A stretch of 64,000 nucleotides of DNA. Origin: Auanema rhodensis (taxonomy: Eukaryota > Animalia > Nematoda). This document shows positions 1 through 11,287 of the stretch, in pieces. The stretch is from NCBI GenBank assembly GCA_964057225.1, contig OZ059900.1, forward strand, positions 18,166,001 through 18,230,000, written 5' to 3'. The translations under genes were made by a program, and so were the position numbers. The notes beneath the pieces were generated by a model. That model saw only the letters and a program-made list of their open reading frames with translations, was not told where the DNA came from and ran no database searches. The stretch's first letter is position 1. Every line of letters starts with the position of its first letter.

Positions 1-342
1 CCACTTTCACGACAAAAAAACAGGGGTTAGAAAATTAAGGAAATTAGCATATTCTGAGGGCACGCCCCTTATGGCTAATATTGATTAAATCGATTTTTGT
101 TCATATGAGTCGTCAAATGCAACGAATTTCAGCGTGTTACATACTAAAATGAAGCATTTTACATGCTGAACACTAGAAAAATACAAAAACACAGTATTTC
201 CCATGAGAAATATTTTATTATGCTGGAAAACCAGTTTTTGGAAATTTCGCTGTAAACAAGGTTTTGACTTACGATTTCATGTGTTCAAACTCATGCAATG
301 TCAATGAAACCTAGCTCAAAATTGTTCCTACAACGTCTAGTT
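1..342. repeat. Representative 342-bp monomer (p328=C allele; most copies have G)
   Basis: Runs from CCACTTTC at 1 to GTCTAGTT at 342, and the next copy starts at 343. 116/342 G+C by hand count. Confidence 0.98.
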
Positions 343-3300
343 CCACTTTCACGACAAAAAAACAGGGGTTAGAAAATTAAGGAAATTAGCATATTCTGAG
401 GGCACGCCCTTTATGGCTAATATTGATTAAATCGATTTTTGTTCATATGAGTCGTCAAATGCAACGAATTTCAGCGTGTTACATACTAAAATGAAGCATT
501 TCACATGCTGAACACTAGAAAAATACAAAAACACAGTATTTCCCATGAGAAATATTTTATTATGCTGGAAAACCAGTTTTTGGAAATTTCGCTGTAAACA
601 AGGTTTTGACTTACGATTTCATGTGTTCAAACTCATGCAATGTCAATGAAACCTAGCTCAAAATTGTTCGTACAACGTCTGGTTCCACTTTCACGACAAA
701 AAAACAGGGGTTAGAAAATTAAGGAAATTAGCATATTCTGAGGGCACGCCCCTTATGGCTAATATTGATTAAATCGATTTTTGTTCATATGAGTCGTCAA
801 ATGCAACGAATTTCAGCGTGTTACATACTAAAATGAAGCATTTTACATGCTGAACACTAGAAAAATACAAAAACACAGTATTTCCCATGAGAAATATTTT
901 ATTATGCTGGAAAACCAGTTTTTGGAAATTTCGCTGTAAACAAGGTTTTGACTTACGATTTCATGTGTTCAAACTCATGCAATGTCAATGAAACCTAGCT
1001 CAAAATTGTTCGTACAACGTCTAGTTCCACTTTCACGACAAAAAAACAGGGGTTAGAAAATTAAGGAAATTAGCATATTCTGAGGGCACGCCCCCTTATG
1101 GCTAATATTGATTAAATCGATTTTTGTTCATATGAGTCGTCAAATGCAACGAATTTCAGCGTGTTACATACTAAAATGAAGCATTTTACATGCTGAACAC
1201 TAGAAAAATACAAAAACACAGTATTTCCCATGAGAAATATTTTATTATGCTGGAAAACCAGTTTTTGGAAATTTCGCTGTAAACAAGGTTTTGACTTACG
1301 ATTTCATGTGTTTAAACTCATGCAATGTCAATGAAACCTAGCTCAAAATTGTTAATACAATGTCTAGTTCCACTTTCACGACAAAAAAACAGGGGTTAGA
1401 AAATTAAGGAAATTAGCATATTCTGAGGGCACGCCCCTTATGGCTAATATTGATTAAATCGATTTTTGTTCATATGAGTCGTCAAATGCAACGAATTTCA
1501 GCGTGTTACATACTAAAATGAAGCATTTTACATGCTGAACACTAGAAAAATACAAAAACACAGTATTTCCCATGAGAAATATTTTATTATGCTGGAAAAC
1601 CAGTTTTTGGAAATTTCGCTGTAAACAAGGTTTTGACTTACGATTTCATGTGTTCAAACTCATGCAATGTCAATGAAACCCAGCTCAAAATTGTTCGTAC
1701 AACGTCTAGTTCCACTTTCACGACAAAAAAACAGGGGTTAGAAAATTAAGGAAATTAGCATATTCTGAGGGCACGCCCCTTATGGCTAATATTGATTAAA
1801 TCGATTTTTGTTCATATGAGTCGTCAAATGCAACGAATTTCAGCGTGTTACATACTAAAATGAAGCATTTTACATGCTGAACACTAGAAAAATACAAAAA
1901 CACAGTATTTCCCATGAGAAATATTTTATTATGCTGGAAAACCAGTTTTTGGAAATTTCGCTGTAAACAAGGTTTTGACTTACGATTTCATGTGTTCAAA
2001 CTCATGCAATGTCAATGAAACCTAGCTCAAAATTGTTCGTACAACGTCTAGTTCCACTTTCACGACAAAAAAACAGGGGTTAGAAAATTAAGGAAATTAG
2101 CATATTCTGAGGGCACGCCCCTTATGGCTAATATTGATTAAATCGATTTTTGTTCATATGAGTCGTCAAATGCAATTAATTTCAGCGTGTCACATACTAA
2201 AATGAAGCATTTTACATGCTGAACACTAGAAAAATACAAAAACACAGTTTTTCCCATGAGAAATATTTTATTATGCTGGAAAACCAGTTTTTGAAAATAT
2301 CGCTGTAAACAAGGTTTTGACTTACGATTTCATGTGTTCAAACTCATGCAATGTCAATGAAACCTAGCTCAAAATTGTTCCTACAACGTCTAGTTCCACT
2401 TTCACGACAAAAAAACAGGGGTTAGAAAATTAAGGAAATTAGCATATTCTGAGGGCACGCCCCTTATGGCTAATATTGATTAAATCGATTTTTGTTCATA
2501 TGAGTCGTCAAATGCAACGAATTTCAGCGTGTTACATACTAAAATGAAGCATTTTACATGCTGAACACTAGAAAAATACAAAAACACAGTATTTCCCATG
2601 AGAAATATTTTATTATGCTGGAAAACCAGTTTTTGGAAATTTCGCTGTAAACAAGGTTTTGACTTACGATTTCATGTGTTCAAACTCATGCAATGTCAAT
2701 GAAACCTAGCTCAAAATTGTTCCTACAACGTCTAGTTCCACTTTCACGACAAAAAAACAGGGGTTAGAAAATTAAGGAAATTAGCATATTCTGAGGGCAC
2801 GCCCTTTATGGCTAATATTGATTAAATCGATTTTTGTTCATATGAGTCGTCAAATGCAACGAATTTCAGCGTGTTACATACTAAAATGAAGCATTTCACA
2901 TGCTGAACACTAGAAAAATACAAAAACACAGTATTTCCCATGAGAAATATTTTATTATGCTGGAAAACCAGTTTTTGGAAATTTCGCTGTAAACAAGGTT
3001 TTGACTTACGATTTCATGTGTTCAAACTCATGCAATGTCAATGAAACCTAGCTCAAAATTGTTCGTACAACGTCTAGTTCCACTTTCACGACAAAAAAAC
3101 AGGGGTTAGAAAATTAAGGAAATTAGCATATTCTGAGGGCACGCCCCTTATGGCTAATATTGATTAAATCGATTTTTGTTCATATGAGTCGTCAAATGCA
3201 ACGAATTTCAGCGTGTTACATACTAAAATGAAGCATTTTACATGCTGAACACTAGAAAAATACAAAAACACAGTATTTCCCATGAGAAATATTTTATTAT

Positions 3301-6300
3301 GCTGGAAAACCAGTTTTTGAAAATATCGCTGTAAACAAGGTTTTGACTTACGATTTCATGTGTTCAAACTCATGCAATGTCAATGAAACCTAGCTCAAAA
3401 TTGTTCCTACAACGTCTAGTTCCACTTTCACGACAAAAAAACAGGGGTTAGAAAATTAAGGAAATTAGCATATTCTGAGGGCACGCCCCTTATGGCTAAT
3501 ATTGATTAAATCGATTTTTGTTCATATGAGTCGTCAAATGCAACGAATTTCAGCGTGTTACATACTAAAATGAAGCATTTTACATGCTGAACACTAGAAA
3601 AATACAAAAACACAGTATTTCCCATGAGAAATATTTTATTATGCTGGAAAACCAGTTTTTGGAAATTTCGCTGTAAACAAGGTTTTGACTTACGATTTCA
3701 TGTGTTCAAACTCATGCAATGTCAATGAAACCTAGCTCAAAATTGTTCCTACAACGTCTAGTTCCACTTTCACGACAAAAAAACAGGGGTTAGAAAATTA
3801 AGGAAATTAGCATATTCTGAGGGCACGCCCTTTATGGCTAATATTGATTAAATCGATTTTTGTTCATATGAGTCGTCAAATGCAACGAATTTCAGCGTGT
3901 TACATACTCAAATGAAGCATTTCACATGCTGAACACTAGAAAAATACAAAAACACAGTATTTCCCATGAGAAATATTTTATTATGCTGGAAAACCAGTTT
4001 TTGGAAATTTCGCTGTAAACAAGGTTTTGACTTACGATTTCATGTGTTCAAACTCATGCAATGTCAATGAAACCTAGCTCAAAATTGTTCGTACAACGTC
4101 TAGTTCCACTTTCACGACAAAAAAACAGGGGTTAGAAAATTAAGGAAATTAGCATATTCTGAGGGCACGCCCCTTATGGCTAATATTGATTAAATCGATT
4201 TTTGTTCATATGAGTCGTCAAATGCAACAAATTTCAGCGTGTTACATACTAAAATGAAGCATTTTACATGCTGAACACTAGAAAAATACAAAAACACAGT
4301 AATACCCATGAGAAATATTTTATTATGCTGGAAAACCAGTTTTTGGAAATTTCGCTGTAAACAAGGTTTTGACTTACGATTTCATGTGTTCAAACTCATG
4401 CAATGTCAATGAAACCTAGCTCAAAATTGTTCCTACAACGTCTAGTTCCACTTTCACGACAAAAAAACAGGGGTTAGAAAATTAAGGAAATTAGCATATT
4501 CTGAGGGCACGCCCTTTATGGCTAATATTGATTAAATCGATTTTTGTTCATATGAGTCGTCAAATGCAACGAATTTCAGCGTGTTACATACTAAAATGAA
4601 GCATTTTACATGCTGAACACTAGAAAAATACAAAAACACAGTATTTCCCATGAGAAATATTTTATTATGCTGGAAAACCAGTTTTTGGAAATTTCGCTGT
4701 AAACAAGGTTTTGACTTACGATTTCATGTGTTCAAACTCATGCAATGTCAATGAAACCTAGCTCAAAATTGTTCGTACAACGTCTAGTTCCACTTTCACG
4801 ACAAAAAAACAGGGGTTAGAAAATTAAGGAAATTAGCATATTCTGAGGGCACGCCCCTTATGGCTAATATTGATTAAATCGATTTTTGTTCATATGAGTC
4901 GTCAAATGCAACGAATTTCAGCGTGTTACATACTAAAATGAAGCATTTTACATGCTGAACACTAGAAAAATACAAAAACACAGTATTTCCCATGAGAAAT
5001 ATTTTATTATGCTGGAAAACCAGTTTTTGAAAATTTCGCTGTAAACAAGGTTTTGACTTACGATTTCATGTGTTCAAACTCATGCAATGTCAATGAAACC
5101 TAGCTCAAAATTGTTCCTACAACGTCTAGTTCCACTTTCACGACAAAAAAACAGGGGTTAGAAAATTAAGGAAATTAGCATATTCTGAGGGCACGCCCTT
5201 TATGGCTAATATTGATTAAATCGATTTTTGTTCATATGAGTCGTCAAATGCAACGAATTTCAGCGTGTTACATACTAAAATGAAGCATTTTACATGCTGA
5301 ACACTAGAAAAATACAAAAACACAGTATTTCCCATGAGAAATATTTTATTATGCTGGAAAACCAGTTTTTGGAAATTTCGCTGTAAACAAGGTTTTGACT
5401 TACGATTTCATGTGTTCAAACTCATGCAATGTCAATGAAACCTAGCTCAAAATTGTTCGTACAACGTCTAGTTCCACTTTCACGACAAAAAAACAGGGGT
5501 TAGAAAATTAAGGAAATTAGCATATTCTGAGGGCACGCCCCTTATGGCTAATATTGATTAAATCGATTTTTGTTCATATGAGTCGTCAAATGCAACGAAT
5601 TTCAGCGTGTTACGTACTAAAATGAAGCATTTTACATGCTGAACACTAGAAAAATACAAAAACACAGTATTTCCCATGAGAAATATTTTATTATGCTGGA
5701 AAACCAGTTTTTGGAAATTTCGCTGTAAACAAGGTTTTGACTTACGATTTCATGTGTTCAAACTCATGCAATGTCAATGAAACCTAGCTCAAAATTGTTC
5801 CTACAACGTCTAGTTCCACTTTCACGACAAAAAAACAGGGGTTAGAAAATTAAGGAAATTAGCATATTCTGAGGGCACGCCCTTTATGGCTAATATTGAT
5901 TAAATCGATTTTTGTTCATATGAGTCGTCAAATGCAACGAATTTCAGCGTGTTACATACTAAAATGAAGCATTTTACATGCTGAACACTAGAAAAATACA
6001 AAAACACAGTATTTCCCATGAGAAATATTTTATTATGCTGGAAAACCAGTTTTTGGAAATTTCGCTGTAAACAAGGTTTTGACTTACGATTTCATGTGTT
6101 CAAACTCATGCAATGTCAATGAAACCTAGCTCAAAATTGTTCGTACAACGTCTAGTTCCACTTTTACGACAAAAAAACAGGGGTTAGAAAATTAAGGAAA
6201 TTAGCATATTCTGAGGGCACGCCCCTTATGGCTAATATTGATTAAATCGATTTTTGTTCATATGAGTCGTCAAATGCAACGAATTTCAGCGTGTTACATA

Positions 6301-9300
6301 CTAAAATGAAGCATTTTACATGCTGAACACTAGAAAAATACAAAAACACAGTATTTCCCATGAGAAATATTTTATTATGCTGGAAAACCAGTTTTTGGAA
6401 ATTTCGCTGTAAACAAGGTTTTGACTTACGATTTCATGTGTTCAAACTCATGCAATGTCAATGAAACCTAGCTCAAAATTGTTCGTACAACGTCTAGTTC
6501 CACTTTCACGACAAAAAAACAGGGGTTAGAAAATTAAGGAAATTAGCATATTCTGAGGGCACGCCCCTTATGGCTAATATTGATTAAATCGATTTTTGTT
6601 CATATGAGTCGTCAAATGCAACGAATTTCAGCGTGTTACGTACTAAAATGAAGCATTTTACATGCTGAACACTAGAAAAATACAAAAACACAGTATTTCC
6701 CATGAGAAATATTTTATTATGCTGGAAAACCAGTTTTTGGAAATTTCGCTGTAAACAAGGTTTTGACTTACGATTTCATGTGTTCAAACTCATGCAATGT
6801 CAATGAAACCTAGCTCAAAATTGTTCCTACAACGTCTAGTTCCACTTTCACGACAAAAAAACAGGGGTTAGAAAATTAAGGAAATTAGCATATTCTGAGG
6901 GCACGCCCTTTATGGCTAATATTGATTAAATCGATTTTTGTTCATATGAGTCGTCAAATGCAACGAATTTCAGCGTGTTACATACTAAAATGAAGCATTT
7001 TACATGCTGAACACTAGAAAAATACAAAAACACAGTATTTCCCATGAGAAATATTTTATTATGCTGGAAAACCAGTTTTTGGAAATTTCGCTGTAAACAA
7101 GGTTTTGACTTACGATTTCATGTGTTCAAACTCATGCAATGTCAATGAAACCTAGCTCAAAATTGTTCGTACAACGTCTAGTTCCACTTTCACGACAAAA
7201 AAACAGGGGTTAGAAAATTAAGGAAATTAGCATATTCTGAGGGCACGCCCCTTATGGCTAATATTGATTAAATCGATTTTTGTTCATATGAGTCGTCAAA
7301 TGCAACGAATTTCAGCGTGTTACATACTAAAATGAAGCATTTTACATGCTGAACACTAGAAAGATACAAAAACACAGTATTTCCCATGAGAATAATTTTA
7401 TTATGCTGGAAAACCAGTTTTTGGAAATTTCGCTGTAAACAAGGTTTTGACTTACGATTTCATGTGTTCAAACTCATGCAATGTCAATGAAACCTAGCTC
7501 AAAATTGTTCGTACAACGTCTAGTTCCACTTTTACGACAAAAAAACAGGGGTTAGAAAATTAAGGAAATTAGCATATTCTGAGGGCACGCCCCTTATGGC
7601 TAATATTGATTAAATCGATTTTTGTTCATATGAGTCGTCAAATGCAACGAATTTCAGCGTGTTACATACTAAAATGAAGCATTTTACATGCTGAACACTA
7701 GAAAAATACAAAAACACAGTATTTCCCATGAGAAATATTTTATTATGCTGGAAAACCAGTTTTTGGAAATTTCGCTGTAAACAAGGTTTTGACTTACGAT
7801 TTCATGTGTTCAAACTCATGCAATGTCAATGAAACCTAGCTCAAAATTGTTCGTACAACGACTAGTTCCACTTTCACGACAAAAAAACAGGGGTTAGAAA
7901 ATTAAGGAAATTAGCATATTCTGAGGGCACGCCCCTTATGGCTAATATTGATTAAATCGATTTTTGTTCATATGAGTCGTCAAATGCAACGAATTTCAGC
8001 GTGTTACATACTAAAATGAAGCATTTTACATGCTGAACACTAGAAAAATACAAAAACACAGTATTTCCCATGAGAAATATTTTATTATGCTGGAAAACCA
8101 GTTTTTGAAAATTTCGCTGTAAACAAGGTTTTGACTTACGATTTCATGTGTTCAAACTCATGCAATGTCAATGAAACCTAGCTCAAAATTGTTCCTACAA
8201 CGTCTAGTTCCACTTTCACGACAAAAAAACAGGGGTTAGAAAATTAAGGAAATTAGCATATTCTGAGGGCACGCCCTTTATGGCTAATATTGATTAAATC
8301 GATTTTTGTTCATATGAGTCGTCAAATGCAACGAATTTCAGCGTGTTACATACTAAAATGAAGCATTTTACATGCTGAACACTAGAAAAATACAAAAACA
8401 CAGTATTTCCCATGAGAAATATTTTATTATGCTGGAAAACCAGTTTTTGGAAATTTCGCTGTAAACAAGGTTTTGACTTACGATTTCATGTGTTCAAACT
8501 CATGCAATGTCAATGAAACCTAGCTCAAAATTGTTCGTACAACGACTAGTTCCACTTTCACGACAAAAAAACAGGGGTTAGAAAATTAAGGAAATTAGCA
8601 TATTCTGAGGGCACGCCCCTTATGGCTAATATTGATTAAATCGATTTTTGTTCATATGAGTCGTCAAATGCAACGAATTTCAGCGTGTTACATACTAAAA
8701 TGAAGCATTTTACATGCTGAACACTAGAAAAATACAAAAACACAGTATTTCCCATGAGAAATATTTTATTATGCTGGAAAACCAGTTTTTGAAAATTTCG
8801 CTGTAAACAAGGTTTTGACTTACGATTTCATGTGTTCAAACTCATGCAATGTCAATGAAACCTAGCTCAAAATTGTTCCTACAACGTCTAGTTCCACTTT
8901 CACGACAAAAAAACAGGGGTTAGAAAATAAAGGAAATTAGCATATTCTGAGGGCACGCCCTTTATGGCTAATATTGATTAAATCGATTTTTGTTCATATG
9001 AGTCGTCAAATGCAACGAATTTCAGCGTGTTACATACTAAAATGAAGCATTTTACATGCTGAACACTATAAAAATACAAAAACACAGTATTTCCCATGAG
9101 AAATATTTTATTATGCTGGAAAACCAGTTTTTGGAAATTTCGCTGTAAACAAGGTTTTGACTTACGATTTCATGTGTTCAAACTCATGCAATGTCAATGA
9201 AACCTAGCTCAAAATTGTTCGTACAACGTCTAGTTCCACTTTCACGACAAAAAAACAGGGGTTAGAAAATTAAGGAAATTAGCATATTCTGAGGGCACGC

Positions 9301-11287
9301 CCCTTATGGCTAATATTGATTAAATCGATTTTTGTTCATATGAGTCGTCAAATGCAACGAATTTCAGCGTGTTACATACTAAAATGAAGCATTTTACATG
9401 CTGAACACTAGAAAAATACAAAAACACAGTATTTCCCATGAGAAATATTTTATTATGCTGGAAAACCAGTTTTTGGAAATTTCGCTGTAAACAAGGTTTT
9501 GACTTACGATTTCATGTGTTCAAACTCATGCAATGTCAATGAAACCTAGCTCAAAATTGTTCCTACAACGTCTAGTTCCACTTTCACGACAAAAAAACAG
9601 GGGTTAGAAAATTAAGGAAATTAGCATATTCTGAGGGCACGCCCTTTATGGCTAATATTGATTAAATCGATTTTTGTTCATATGAGTCGTCAAATGCAAC
9701 GAATTTCAGCGTGTTACATACTAAAATGAAGCATTTCACATGCTGAACACTAGAAAAATACAAAAACACAGTATTTCCCATGAGAAATATTTTATTATGC
9801 TGGAAAACCAGTTTTTGGAAATTTCGCTGTAAACAAGGTTTTGACTTACGATTTCATGTGTTCAAACTCATGCAATGTCAATGAAACCTAGCTCAAAATT
9901 GTTCGTACAACGTCTGGTTCCACTTTCACGACAAAAAAACAGGGGTTAGAAAATTAAGGAAATTAGCATATTCTGAGGGCACGCCCCTTATGGCTAATAT
10001 TGATTAAATCGATTTTTGTTCATATGAGTCGTCAAATGCAACGAATTTCAGCGTGTTACATACTAAAATGAAGCATTTTACATGCTGAACACTAGAAAAA
10101 TACAAAAACACAGTATTTCCCATGAGAAATATTTTATTATGCTGGAAAACCAGTTTTTGGAAATTTCGCTGTAAACAAGGTTTTGACTTACGATTTCATG
10201 TGTTCAAACTCATGCAATGTCAATGAAACCCAGCTCAAAATTGTTCGTACAACGTCTAGTTCCACTTTCACGACAAAAAAACAGGGGTTAGAAAATTAAG
10301 GAAATTAGCATATTCTGAGGGCACGCCCCTTATGGCTAATATTGATTAAATCGATTTTTGTTCATATGAGTCGTCAAATGCAACGAATTTCAGCGTGTTA
10401 CATACTAAAATGAAGCATTTTACATGCTGAACACTAGAAAAATACAAAAACACAGTATTTCCCATGAGAAATATTTTATTATGCTGGAAAACCAGTTTTT
10501 GGAAATTTCGCTGTAAACAAGGTTTTGACTTACGATTTCATGTGTTCAAACTCATGCAATGTCAATGAAACCTAGCTCAAAATTGTTCGTACAACGTCTA
10601 GTTCCACTTTCACGACAAAAAAACAGGGGTTAGAAAATTAAGGAAATTAGCATATTCTGAGGGCACGCCCCTTATGGCTAATATTGATTAAATCGATTTT
10701 TGTTCATATGAGTCGTCAAATGCAACGAATTTCAGCGTGTTACATACTAAAATGAAGCATTTTACATGCTGAACACTAGAAAAATACAAAAACACAGTAT
10801 TTCCCATGAGAAATATTTTATTATGCTGGAAAACCAGTTTTTTGAAATTTCGCTGTAAACAAGGTTTTGACTTACGATTTCATGTGTTCAAACTCATGCA
10901 ATGTCAATGAAACCTAGCTCAAAATTGTTCCTACAACGTCTAGTTCCACTTTCACGACAAAAAAACAGGGGTTAGAAAATTAAGGAAATTAGCATATTCT
11001 GAGGGCACGCCCTTTATGGCTAATATTGATTAAATCGATTTTTGTTCATATGAGTCGTCAAATGCAACGAATTTCAGCGTGTTACATACTAAAATGAAGC
11101 ATTTCACATGCTGAACACTAGAAAAATACAAAAACACAGTATTTCCCATGAGAAATATTTTATTATGCTGGAAAACCAGTTTTTGGAAATTTCGCTGTAA
11201 ACAAGGTTTTGACTTACGATTTCATGTGTTCAAACTCATGCAATGTCAATGAAACCTAGCTCAAAATTGTTCGTACAACGTCTGGTT

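Noticed and set aside
23-30. GGGGTTAG resembling a telomeric TTAGGG unit or G-quadruplex seed
   Set aside because: It is a single permuted unit per monomer, not tandem, and there are too few G-runs on one strand for a canonical G4.
203-307. 34-codon ORF (MRNILLCWKTSFWKFRCKQGFDLRFHVFKLMQCQ) in each monomer; the monomer length is divisible by 3
   Set aside because: It is short, has no recognisable domain, and the common G241A variant turns TGG into TGA. All six frames contain stops in every full monomer, so there is no repeat-encoded long protein.
1-342. Tandem RNA gene (5S rRNA, tRNA, snRNA, spliced leader) or MITE/SINE unit
   Set aside because: I recognise no RNA gene sequence, cloverleaf, Pol III box pair, terminal inverted repeats or target-site duplications. 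An Rfam or Dfam search would be the formal test.
1-342. Primate alpha satellite, suggested by 2x171 bp and the CENP-B-like motif
   Set aside because: The sequence does not resemble the alpha-satellite consensus as I know it. Length alone is not evidence, so no named family is assigned.
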